A stretch of DNA of 64,000 nucleotides from Cladosporium halotolerans (taxonomy: Eukaryota). The position numbers and the translations under genes are program-made. Within the stretch, counting starts at the first letter, position 1. Each line of letters starts with the position of its first letter. The stretch covers positions 186,001-250,000 of the forward strand of contig NW_027191467.1 of the NCBI RefSeq assembly GCF_011745625.1, given 5' to 3'. Shown here in pieces: positions 46,995-58,391 of this stretch. The notes below the pieces were generated by a model. That model did not search any database. It worked only from the letters and a program-made list of their open reading frames with translations, and was not told where the DNA came from.

Positions 46995-49919
46995 CTACTC
47001 CAGAATCTTCGCAACCTTCTTCAGCACCGCTTCAGTCCCTACCCCTGCGTTTTCGGGTGCCTTCCAGACGGCCTGCCACACCTCGCCGTGTTTGGGCTCG
47101 TTCAGAACGCACTTGCTGACGACGTCACCGCGTTTCTCTTCGGTGCCGTGCTGCAACAGGAACTTGTACCACCAAGCCCACGTGTCTCCATAGTCGGTAT
47201 CGAGAATTGCAGCCTTTTGAAACCATGCGTCCGCCTTCTCAAGTTTGCGCTCAGCCCAAAAGATTCGTGCCGCCGTGACAAACAGGATGGGGTCGTTGTC
47301 TGCCTTCTGGATTGCCTCCAGAATACGTGGTTTGCGCTGTGTGCGAGCTTCGAGATGCCAAATGCGCTCACTCCAGACCAGGCCGCTAGTTGGGCATTCT
47401 TGCAGCGCCTGTGCCATTTTGGCGTTGGCGGCAGGCAGGTTCTTCGCACGCCATTCCAAGCGTACACTCTCGGTCCATAACTCAGGCGACTTCTTGACGG
47501 CCAAACGTGCACGGTCGAGGATAGAACGCGCTTTGACGACCACGCCCATCTTCTCTTCCAGTCTGCTGGCAAGTAACCACAATGGAACGGATTGCGGGCA
47601 GGCGCGTGTGCCAGTGTTGAATGCTTCGCGCGCTTGTGGGAGCATGTTCTTCCTCTCGTACAGTTGACCCTTCATCATCCAGAGCTTGTCGGCCTTGGGG
47701 TATATCTGCAGTCCTTCGTTGACTAGGCCCAGAGCGGTGTCAATTTCACCAAGTTGCCGCTCGAAGGCAGCTGACTTAATCCACACACGATCTGTGCCAG
47801 CCTCCGAACGTGCCGTCGAAAGCAAATCCCGTGCTTTCTGAGGCTCGCCATTCTCGGCTTCCAGTTTGACGGCCTCGAGCCAAATGTTCTCGTTGCCAGG
47901 ATTTTGCTGGAAAGCAAGGCCGAGAACTTTGCGCGCTTCGTCAACGGCACCTGAATGCCATTTCTCGCGCGCAAGCTGCATCCACAACACCTCTGATGTG
48001 GGACACGCTTCGACCGCTTTCTCAAGCACCTGCCAAAGTGCCGCCTTGGTACCATGGTTCCGTTCCAGATCTGCCGCAGCGAGATAGACACTTTTTCTGT
48101 TATAGAAAACTCTAATCGCGTACGAGTAGATCGCGCGGGCGGTCTCGAACTTTCCACGTCCGATTGAAGCTTTAGCGTCATCCAGCCAGATTTGTTTCCG
48201 GTCATCATCCTCGTCTAGAGTCCAGCCCAATGTCTCCTGGATGATCGCTTGACATGTCTGCTTCGCACCTTCATCTTCACAGATCTCAGCTTGAGTTATC
48301 CATTCTTCACGCTTGAGCATAGCGCTGACTTTAGTCAACGCTTTGACGGCGCGGTCCATGACCCTGCCAACCATTTCGCTCTTGCCGACTTGCTCTTGCA
48401 ATCGAGCTGCAGCTACCCAGATTTCGAAACTTGCAGGGATTGCTTGGCGAGCTTTGTTGAGAACCTTTTGTGCTTGATCCGGTTCCTCCAGGCGAGCAAG
48501 TGCAAGCCACAGCTCCACAGACAGTGGTATGATCTCGGTCGCTTTGGCAAGGAGAAGTCGGGCGTCTACCGGGTCCTCTTCTAAATTCACGGCTTCTTTC
48601 CAGATGGCGACGGATTGCGGGATGTGATCGAGAGCTTTTCGCAGCACTCTCTTCTTCGCAGCGGGTACGCTCTCTAACTTCATCGCCTCGATCCATAGTC
48701 GAACTGAACGATCATTATTTTCGATAGCCTTTGCTGCCATTATCTTGGCATTCTGGTTGTCGTGCAATCGAATGCACTCCATCCATGTGTCTTCGCTCTT
48801 CGGGCACATCTCACATCCTCGTTTGATAACATTTCGAGCAGCAACGATCTTTCCTGCAAATTCCTCTAGACGAGCAGCGGCAATCCATCCAGGGCCGTGA
48901 CGCGGGTTCGTTTTGATGACAGATTCCAAAAGAACTCGAGCTCTTTTGATATCACCGACCGGAATTTCGCCAGCCTTCTTCTCCGACATTGACAATGAAG
49001 TCAGGTATCCCTTCGGATCAATGTTTGTGCTTGTGCCCGCCACTGATTCGGTGCCTTGCTGGGTTTGTGCCGCTTGATCGAGGCGCACTTTCAACACCTT
49101 GTCGCGCGCAGCACCAATATCGGCGAAATTTGTCATAGTCCCATCTGCTTGCTCGCTGCTTCCACTCGCGCCTTCGGTCGCCATGCCATCTTCCTGAACT
49201 TCAGTACCGAGCTGAGTGCTGGCACCTGCTCCGGCAAGTACACTGTCCGGCACTGCGTAAAATCGCTGTCGCATGTTCTGTTTGCTCCTCCGATTCTTTC
49301 CAGTCAGGTCGCCGACTTCAGGAATGCTGGCCCAGTCTTCGTCGCTTACGGAGCCAAGTGCTCGTTTCAAATCGGCAAATTGTTGCTGGATTTTGGGGTT
49401 GTTTCGTTCGTATTCTTCTCTTTGCTCATTCTCGCGAGCTTCCCTGTAGAACCTCATGTCGGTATACTGTCTAACCACACAGTGCTGCGAGGGTGATGAA
49501 CATCGAATTTCAGACGGGGAACAGGGGCAGGGTAGCAAAGAGATTGGAGAGACTAACCTTCGTGCTCTTCGACGCTTGTCCATACGCTCGTCAACGCTCT
49601 GGTAGATCCTATCGGCCTCATCGTCGTCCCGATCGTAGTTGCCTGTCGCGAAGAGTCCTTCCTCGTTCTCAGCATCGCGAAACCGCTCATCATCTTCCTC
49701 CTCGTCAGGCTTTTTCTTTCCAACGCCATAAGCGGTCGGTGGCGCATTTCCGAGTGCTGCTGCACGCTTTGCGAGCGCTTCCTTGATCTGGTCTTCGCTT
49801 GGTCCTTCACGCGCCGGTCCTAGATCTGAGCGGGTGGTGAAGCCGGTCGCACCACGTCCGAGACCGGCCACATAATTTTCAGGCGCCTGCTGCGACAGGA
49901 AGTCCTTCCGACCAGACAT
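46995..49919 (-). CDS. prp6: U4/U6.U5 tri-snRNP factor Prp6 (S. pombe Prp1); exons 49919-49558, 49443-46995
   Basis: PRP1_N motif APENYVAGLGRGATGFTTRSDLGPAR, KIQQQFADLKR, IPEVGDLTG and HAT/TPR repeats to EPKHGEVWQ. The 114-nt intron at 49444-49557 is read through by the ORF track. Confidence 0.96.
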   Translation of the reverse strand: MSGRKDFLSQQAPENYVAGLGRGATGFTTRSDLGPAREGPSEDQIKEALAKRAAALGNAPPTAYGVGKKKPDEEEDDERFRDAENEEGLFATGNYDRDDDEADRIYQSVDERMDKRRRARRLVSPISLLPCPCSPSEIRCSSPSQHCVVRQYTDMRFYREARENEQREEYERNNPKIQQQFADLKRALGSVSDEDWASIPEVGDLTGKNRRSKQNMRQRFYAVPDSVLAGAGASTQLGTEVQEDGMATEGASGSSEQADGTMTNFADIGAARDKVLKVRLDQAAQTQQGTESVAGTSTNIDPKGYLTSLSMSEKKAGEIPVGDIKRARVLLESVIKTNPRHGPGWIAAARLEEFAGKIVAARNVIKRGCEMCPKSEDTWMECIRLHDNQNAKIMAAKAIENNDRSVRLWIEAMKLESVPAAKKRVLRKALDHIPQSVAIWKEAVNLEEDPVDARLLLAKATEIIPLSVELWLALARLEEPDQAQKVLNKARQAIPASFEIWVAAARLQEQVGKSEMVGRVMDRAVKALTKVSAMLKREEWITQAEICEDEGAKQTCQAIIQETLGWTLDEDDDRKQIWLDDAKASIGRGKFETARAIYSYAIRVFYNRKSVYLAAADLERNHGTKAALWQVLEKAVEACPTSEVLWMQLAREKWHSGAVDEARKVLGLAFQQNPGNENIWLEAVKLEAENGEPQKARDLLSTARSEAGTDRVWIKSAAFERQLGEIDTALGLVNEGLQIYPKADKLWMMKGQLYERKNMLPQAREAFNTGTRACPQSVPLWLLASRLEEKMGVVVKARSILDRARLAVKKSPELWTESVRLEWRAKNLPAANAKMAQALQECPTSGLVWSERIWHLEARTQRKPRILEAIQKADNDPILFVTAARIFWAERKLEKADAWFQKAAILDTDYGDTWAWWYKFLLQHGTEEKRGDVVSKCVLNEPKHGEVWQAVWKAPENAGVGTEAVLKKVAKILE

Positions 49920-50157
49920 TTTGGTGCAGTGTTGTGCCGAAGCTAGTTCGGTTTGTGAAGCTCCGAGCCTGGCGCAACTTTTGATGACGGTGCAGAGGCG
50001 CGACGCGAGTCATGTGACCAATTGGACTTGGCGCGACGGCTCCAGGAAAGCGCGTCTAGTCTTCCTGAGCACAATCGCACGAAGGACCGCGTATGCGCCA
50101 GCACCATCACGACCTGCCAACCAGACGTCGCGCGCGCGTCGTCGCATTCAGATCATC

Positions 50158-52359
50158 ATGCAGGATCCCAGTCAGGGCGTCGCTGCGCCATTGGTATGCG
50201 ATGTCGCAATTAATCACAATAATCCATAAGCTAACGCGCTCCAGCAAAACCACCTTCACTTGATCTCCGCCCACCAGTTCCCGCTCGTTGGCCATCTCGC
50301 CCTCAATGTCGCTTTCAAATACCTCCTCGATGCTCCCATGATCGTCAAGACTCTTGCGCCTATGTCATGGACCTACGTAAATGCACCCAACGACGGAACG
50401 ATCTGGCTTGAATGGCTGCCCCAGTACAAGCAGGGCCGCCTGCCTTCGGATGGCTACGTTTGGGGAGATCCGGAGTCTGTATTCAGGCAAGACTATGGTG
50501 GCTATACAATCGAGGGAATGGTTCATCAGTTGGGCTACCGACCGGGTCTCGATCCTGTTGCGTCGCATGCGCGCACGCGCTATCACTTTGTTTCCAAAGC
50601 GCCGAACGTCAATGCAGCACCGCCTGACCCTTCGTTGTGGATCGTACACTATCATCAGGCGGAGCATCGCAACATCCTGCCGATCGCGCAAATCCCGGTG
50701 GACCACCAAACAAGGCAGCTCATTCAGGAGCGCCAGATGCTGCAAAGCCAGGGCAGGTTAGAGAAAAGGGACTTCATGCTTCACGATCGCGAGCACTGGC
50801 CTCACATCAACGGACCGACAGGAGGGCAGATGGGCCACACCATGATGGCACCTGGATTCTACGGCTCAAACCCCATGCCTGGTCCACAAGGTCGATACAA
50901 CCCCGCAGCACCACCTGCCGCGAAGAGACAGCGGACACAAGGATCCGTGGGCATGGCAGGCGCAGACCATGGCATGCCAGATATCAGCATTGAGGATGAA
51001 GAGAACACCGCTCTCGGCGATTACTTCGACCATCTTACGCCTCGTGACATCAGCACGGCGAGATATACCCAGCATCACAGATGGATGGAGGAGGTGTTCT
51101 CATCGCCGTATGCTAGCGGTCAGATCGTACCTGCTGATCTCGGTCTCGGCCTGATGGGAGAAATGAAGAGTCTGACTGAAGGTCTCCTGGAACCGCCTTC
51201 GATGGATTTCGATTCCGCTTTGGAGAAGCAGACCGGCAAACTTGAAGAACCCAAGCCTTTCACTAATGTCAAGAAAGAGCAGGTGGATGAATTCAACAAG
51301 CGTGTGCAGAAGCACTTGGAAGATGGCCAGGCTGAGATTGAGCGCATGAAAGCGGAGCACGCCGCGAAGATGCAAGAATGGCGGAAGACGAAGACACTGC
51401 TGCAGGCTGAAAAGCGGCTGCGTCATGCAACATGGGAAGACAGCGAGCCTGTGGCGTACAGACTTGAAGAGCCTGAAGTCAACGGCAAAGCGAACGGCAA
51501 ACAAGAAACAGTGGAGAGCGTCCTCAAAGACGTCGAAGGTTTACTCGGTGTCAAGTTTGCTGGCTATGCGGATGCCACGCTCATTGAGAAGGGAGGTTGG
51601 CAGGAGCGAGAATCGCTGCCAGCTTCTCAGCCTAGTCGTTCGCCTGCTGAGGGACAGGCAGATGATGCACAGACCAAAGCAGAGCAACTCGAGCCTGGGA
51701 TGCCCCCTGATGTTCCACAATCAAATGTGTCACCAGCGCCTGCGCAACAACAAGGTGCATTCGCGCCACCTCCTCATTCCAGCATGCAGCCCGGTGCTCA
51801 GACACAAGATGCCTTTGCGCAACAGACGCAACAGAACCCACCCTCCGCCGGCGACTCGGATCTACAACTTCCGGAAGGCATGGACCTTGACACCGCCGAC
51901 CTTCAATTTCCCAGCGCTGGTGTGACACCTGGTCAGACGGGAACTCCGGGTCAGAACCAGACGCCTGGAGACACTACGGCGTTCTCGATGGGCCAGGGCA
52001 ACGTACAGCCTAGCGAAGCAGCAGCCTCGAACATTCAACAGCAACAGCCCGGGCAGCCCACAGCACAGCAGGGCACAGCCGCTGTGGCAAGCACCAGCGG
52101 TCAGGCTGGTAGCAATGCGCCGAGTACGAACGCTCAAGGCACTCCCGCAGGCGGCATGGGCGACATGCAAGACACTAGCATGTTCAACGACTCTTTCGCT
52201 GACCTCGCTGGAGACTTCGGCCAGGGAGCCGGCGACGGCATGATTGATTTCGGTGCGGGTATGGACGACAGCGCCTTCGGCGAGGCTCTGCACGGTATGG
52301 ATACCCCCGGCGATGGAGACATGTTTGGCGCTGGAGGCGGAGAGGGTGGCGGCTCATGA
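50158..52359 (+). CDS. ssr4: SWI/SNF and RSC complex subunit Ssr4 (DUF1750); exons 50158-50193, 50245-52359
   Basis: MQDPSQGV...HLISAHQFP, PSDGYVWGDPE, DPSLWIVHY, KRDFMLHDREHWP and ARYTQHHRWMEEVFSSPY. Intron at 50194-50244. Confidence 0.88.
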
Positions 52360-53618
52360 ATGCAGCGAGTGAATATGTAGGCCTGTACAATACTGTCGAC
52401 GAGTCGAAAGATATGTTCCGAAGCGTGCAGCATTGCGATATGATTGATACATTCAATATGGGAAGTGTTCCGCTCCTAGCATCTGACGATTCAGCCAGGC
52501 CGGCGGAATGATGCCATCGCGGATCCAAAAGCTCGTAGGCTTAGCAAGACTACGACGCGTTCTTTCTTCGGTAAGTATAGCAGGCTCTCCGGGCAGATAT
52601 TCGGTCTCGGTAGGCGTTTAAAAAAGGTAGTACCATATGACTTTCTTTTCTCTTGGATATGACAGGTACCTCGAGGCGACAACAATATAACAGAACCCGG
52701 TAGAGCCCAGCTTTTGGATGAGCCATGGTAGACGACTCCCAGGTCACGATCTGCCTTACGCGGCTGGTGTTGACGTCCAATCGTGCGCATTCGGCCGTTC
52801 GGAAAGATCGACACGGAACGTCAAACTCAAAGTGAATCTTCACGGATGATGGGGGAAACCAAAATTCGGTGCGGATGGTATTAGCGATTCTTTGCTACGC
52901 TTGGGTTGGATGCAGGCGGTGCTCTGGCCGCGTGAATACCGATCGATTGACATTGACAGTATCTAGCAAGCAGACGCTTGCGTTCAATGCATTCATCACT
53001 CCGTGGATTAAGCTTGATGCGGCTCAGGGAGACGAACAGCTTACTCCAAACAAGCTCTCCGGGGTGATTTCCGGTACCCTTGCACATCTTCATGTCTCTC
53101 TTCTACTTCCAGGCCCCGAGCCGTCTTGCTAGCGGATTGATTGGCGGGATCGATGGTGATCACATCACAAACAGGCCCCATTTGGCAAACACGCTGGACC
53201 TCTGGAGTCGTTCCGAGTCAAGAGCCTACTAGTACTTCGGAACGAAGCAGAGTGCACGGCTCTCACTAGCGATCCAGGAGCACTCGGTCGGCTCTGGGGT
53301 CTATACGCGCCTCACAGACCATTTGTCACTCCATTTTAAGCTCTTCACGCTTTGATGATCCGAACTCTGGATGCCTAGAGGTGATCTTTCAATAGTGGTG
53401 CCGGCAATACTGCATGCCGGAATAGACATTCATTGACTCTATCAGGGGCAACATATCAGTATAAGACGGCGTCCCCTCCTTCTCTCCTCTCCCTCTATCC
53501 TTTACTCCAGATCTTGAATCACTACACTCGCCCAGTCTCAAAATATTCACCGTGCAACTACCATCAGACCCCTTCATAGTCATCCCTCTCTTTCCCCTCT
53601 GAGACATCCACTACCACA

Positions 53619-54113
53619 ATGCGTGCCACCACCGTCTACACCATCGTCGCCTCGGCGCTCTTCTCCTCTGCCATCGCGCTTCCGACTCCCCAAGATACCA
53701 ACAGCCTCCTTAGCCCCATTACTGATGGCCTGAGCCCAATTACTGGCAGCGGAAACTCAGCTGGCAATGGTACGTAAAAGGAGTTCTGTTTCGGTCGAGA
53801 TACATCTCTGACAAAAATTACAGGCAACGATGCAGAGGGCAACGGAAACGGCAACGAGGCCGGCAACGGTGTGTGGACTCTTTTTTAGCAGGACGGGACT
53901 GTCTCAATGGTCCCAGTGTCAACCACACACCACTATGCTAAGACTGACATTCTCGACATAGGCAACGAGGCTGGGAACGGCAATGAGGCCGGAAATGGCA
54001 ACGAAGCTGGTAACGGCAACGGAAACGGGAACACCGCTCAAGGCTTGGGCGACGGGAACTCTCTCATTAACGTAAGCGATCTGAACCTATCACCCAGCCT
54101 TAATGTTCTATGA
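53619..54113 (+). CDS. Small secreted Gly/Asn-repeat protein (~115 aa); exons 53619-53769, 53824-53868, 53962-54113
   Basis: Signal peptide MRATTVYTIVASALFSSAIA-LPTPQ, (GNEAGN)n repeats and C-terminal SLINVSDLNLSPSLNVL. Introns at 53770-53823 and 53869-53961 both have CTGAC branch sites. Confidence 0.8.
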
Positions 54114-54467
54114 GGGAGAAAGAAGTGAGTACTCGCTTCCATCTCTTCTCCGGAAGGAACATGCTGCGCTCAAGATGCATCCCGGGAATCCTGGTTAACT
54201 CGACGTGTTCTGTAGCTTTGAAAATCGCACGAATCTACTCGGCGAGAGGGCTGTCGAGCACGACACTCAAGAGATCATTGAGAAGAGTAATTGAGTTTAT
54301 CTACATGGGAGCTCCAATTCTGCAATGTCCAATAACAATGTCTTTGTTACACTTCATCTCTATTGTGGGTTCCTCGATGTAAGCAAGATTCTCGTGAGGC
54401 TGGCACCGCCGATATGAGCATGATTGAAAATGAGGGCAATGCTCGCATTATCTGAGCGAGGCATGGC

Positions 54468-55828
54468 TCACTCAGTGTGGGATAGCCTCTCCTTGATATT
54501 TTTCACATGCCATACACCACCCTTGCCCACGATCCACATCTCATGGTCTCCGAGCGCAATATTGACTGGATCGTTGCCATTACCACCCACTCGGATCGAG
54601 CCAAGAGTCCAACCAGACTCTGGGTCAATAACGTCGACCACTTCCCCTCCAGCCGCGAAGATCAACCCATTGCTGCTAGTACGAATGCCGTCGTAGAAGT
54701 ACTCAATGGCACGACTAAGCATTCTTTGGTTCACCAGCAGAGGTATCTTCGCTCCATGGGAGCTGGTCGCAAAGTCCCACGCCCACATCTCGCGGGGACC
54801 TTGGTCATTTCTCCTGGCGGGCTTTGACTCGGACGCGCCTGTATCTGCTACATACAGCGTCTTGCCATCTGGCGATAGAGTGATCCCGTTCGCGTTCCCC
54901 TCCAGCATGGCGAGCTCTTTAATTCGCATGTTGGTGCCGTTCACAAAGTAGACTGTCGGCTGAGTCGGAGCGTTGAACGGGTGGAGACTGCGTCCCTATG
55001 TCGAGTCAGCATTGAACGCCGCGTCTGGCTCTCAGTCGTAGAGGGATTAACACGGCTTGGATATCTTTGAGGGGAAGGTAGCAGGTTACTTACGAATCCT
55101 GATCGAGAGTCGGTCAGATAGTAATTGCCTTCATGATCAAGCTCGATATCATTGAAGCTGATAAACGGTCGCTCAAAATAATTGTTCAGCAATGTCGTTC
55201 GCTTCAATGTAGCCGGATCAATAATGGCCAGGTAGCCAGTCTCGTCAGGTCCGCCATCTGTCACCACATGCATGTTCCCATCGCGGTAAACGCATCCATG
55301 GACGTTCCAGGTCGGTGGATCAGTCTTGATCCTTGTGAGGTTGTTTGTTTTCAGGTCCAATAGGTACTGCCAGTCATGACGGCCATTCTCGCTACCGCCA
55401 GGTGGACCCCATTCAACGAAGAACAACTGTGAGCTTTCCTTTACGTAGCAAGGAGCCTCATGTACTTGGAACGGGAGAACCTGGAGCTGCTCGACAGTAG
55501 CATTCGGGCCAATGACGTCGAAAAAGCGCTGGTCGTATGCTACAAAGCTTGACTGCTGAATATGGTCGTTCCTGACCAGAGTCAGTACAGTCTTCTCGCA
55601 AGATCTTGCTAAGCTCACTTACACGGAGGCGACTCTTTGATCGGTGACGTTGGCCGCGGAGGGTGCATCAAACACGGTTCGATTGAAGGCTCCTGGGATT
55701 GCGGCCAGCAAAGGGTCTTCGTTCGATACCCATGCCCATTGATCACTTTGAAACCCTTTGGGAATCGCATCGAGCTGGCCAAATACGCCGCCGACGAGCG
55801 GTAGCAAACAGGCTGCTTTGGAGACCAT
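54468..55828 (-). CDS. Secreted SMP-30/gluconolactonase-family beta-propeller (lactonohydrolase-like); exons 55828-55623, 55571-55094, 54995-54468
   Basis: Signal peptide, HEAPCY, LLNNYFERPFISFNDI, ANGITLSPDGKTLYVADTG and YDGIRTSSNG. Introns at 55572-55622 and 54996-55093. Confidence 0.9.
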
Positions 55829-56924
55829 GGTCGATGGTAAGCTGGACGAAACAGCTGCGACAGGTCTGCAATGTCAGCCACCTTTTGTATAATTCCCAAT
55901 AGCCCACATTTTCGGATCTCTACCGGTGCCTCTCCGTGCTCTGCTTCCGAGGGCATCGGACCTTGGCCGGTGGCAGTAGTGGAGCCATGCGCTGCAAGGT
56001 GGAAGTCTTCACGTTGATCAGCTTGGCGATCTCCTCACTGTGTAGGATGTTGCGGCCAAACTCAGCCGTTTGCTCATCAATAGAGACGCTGCTCGAATTA
56101 CTTGAATTACTGCTTGGAATTTTGGGAGTACAAACCCTAACAAAATCAACCATGTGCTCCTGGGACTGTGGTCTGTACAGTCTGTTGACGTGAATCGAGT
56201 GACCTTGCTCGCGAAGCTTGGCGGACTAGGCATGAATGCTAGTAGCGCCGAGTTCGATCTTTGTTACTCCCAATAGTCTTTTGAAGGGACCATTGTGACG
56301 TTTGATTGAACGGAAAAGGATGCTGTCCTGACATTGAACAAATTTGTCGTCTTGAACGAACAGCTCCAAGGACTGCGTCGGTAGTCTGAAGCCGGCCGGA
56401 TAATCTCTTTCCAAATGTTACAATACTGATTTGGATCGCCTGGAAGCAGGGTGATTTCATCGAAGTTAAACCGTCATGGATTTTCGAAAAGGCAGCAAGA
56501 CATATAAGGACACCAAACAGTGAGGCATCGAGATCGGTGCAAAGAGGCGCATGGTCTGGGGTTAGGGTTGGGGTAACGTATCCCCCTGAATGACTTCCAC
56601 AAAATGCTCACGTCCGTAGATTAGACCATTGGCTCTAAGTCCAACCAGTATCTGATGTGCTACTCCCTGTCTCTCTCTCATCCTCGGGACGCCTAAATAG
56701 GGTGCCAGAGAGATTCATCATGAAATCGGCCCACTCGGATTGACATCACAGTGCGCAACCGAAGTCTAGCTCAGTGCGCATGCACGCTTGTTCTGAGAAC
56801 ATAGACAACACTACAACATCAAATCTGCGCATTCGCAACATCCTTTGCGACTATACAGACAGAATGCACGGCCTCAACCCTTCGGTCAATCTTCGCGCAA
56901 ATTTACAATGCGAGGTACTACTGC

Positions 56925-57423
56925 ATGCCTGCACCACCCGAAGGAGCCAACCCTAAATGGGTCCGCGTCTTCAACTCTCTTCACGCTCTCTTTAAGGCTC
57001 TTGCTGAGCACGAAGGCATGGCGCGTAACAATCAGCAGACATACGACACACCCGCGATAGACAAGAACGCCCAGTACTTCTCGTGGGACTTCACAGCACG
57101 CACTTTCGTGAGTACCAAACCTCGCCACCCCATCCGGGCCTGAACGGTCGCTGACTTAAGTCTAGAACTACCTCCTTCGAACCGACCCAGACCTCGACAA
57201 CCGTACAGAAGTCGAGAAGGAGGCCTGGGACGACACTTGCAGTCGGAGTAGGCTGATCACTTCGCTTGTCCTCGACGAAATTCCGGGAAGGCTCGCGGAC
57301 ATGGTCGAGTCAACCTACCCGGGCTACAACCCTGGCGGACAGCCTGAGATGGGCCCGCAGGTGATCGAGGCAGCCCGGGAGTTGTCAGCGGCTGCCTACG
57401 ACGCTACCCCTTCTCCTGTCTGA
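56925..57423 (+). CDS. Fungal hypothetical protein; exons 56925-57107, 57166-57423
   Basis: The GTGAGT...CTGAC...TAG intron at 57108-57165 joins QQTYDTPAIDKNAQYFSWDFTARTF to an open 86-codon exon. Confidence 0.7.
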
Positions 57424-58391
57424 GGCCCCTTGAAGTATCGTTCTCTAACAATGGGGTCGCGAAGTCTCAGTGCAGGTGAGCGTGAATGCTGCTCAATGAG
57501 CAGGCAGCTCGCACATCGATGTGTCGAAGGCATGAAACTTGAAATCAGCTATATTTGCCAGGAGTGAAGACTCACAGAGAGCGGTCGTGTGAAGCCTCAT
57601 TCTTGTGTGATGAATGAATCAGCAACTACATTGTGCTAAGAGATAGGATTGCCTCTGGGAGCGCCCCGGGCCCGGCCATTCATGCTGCGAATGACACAAC
57701 GCTCTCAAAAGAGCGATTAATGAATATATCGTTACAAACCTATTCAGATGTTCACGCGAGAATTTTGCCACTGAGAGCCACTAGCATCAGAGCGAACAAG
57801 ATCCCTCCTGTTACCCCCAGCTTCTGTGGTAACATCGTGTATGCCAGTCTTCACAAATTCGTCGCTGATCGAGAACATTCAGTCTCAAAAAGCCCGTACC
57901 CAGCATTTTGCTCATACGAGCAATCCTATTCTCATCTAGATTACTTTCTCCGCTGAGAGGCTTGCTGTTTTAAGGCCAATCCGCCCAGCGATCACACGAA
58001 GCTCATCTCACGAATTCCCAAAAACTTAGCGGCCAATGCCAAGGATGCCCATAATAAGGAGAATAGATGCGTCGAGGGGAACATTCGGCTTCGAGGGCAA
58101 TGCGAGTTGATTGGTTTGGATGCTCTCTCTCAATCCTTTTGCTTCTACCGTCGACTCACTGGCACCAAACGAGATTTTTGCCGCCGAGGGACCATTTGAA
58201 GAAACGAATTGTGCGCTCGCAATGACCGCAGCCTGCCCTATCTACAATATGCTCATATCAGCGCCTCGCCGCATCAAAGAAGATGACTTCGCCATTGAGA
58301 GCCTCATCGACTGGACAAAGCTGGAGAAAACGGTATCATTATCGTGAACATAAACATTGCCCATATCAGGACACATTAATCATTAGCGTAT

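Noticed and set aside
3728..49919. Apparent clustering of splicing (prp21, RS protein, prp6) and kinetochore (sos7, nsl1) genes
   Set aside because: They are separated by many unrelated genes. This is compatible with chance, and there is no evidence of shared regulation.
57633..58347. Short protein-like ORFs (also 52450-52850 and 24540-25130), possibly gene relics
   Set aside because: No recognisable motifs or consistent splice structure; cannot be supported without a homology search.
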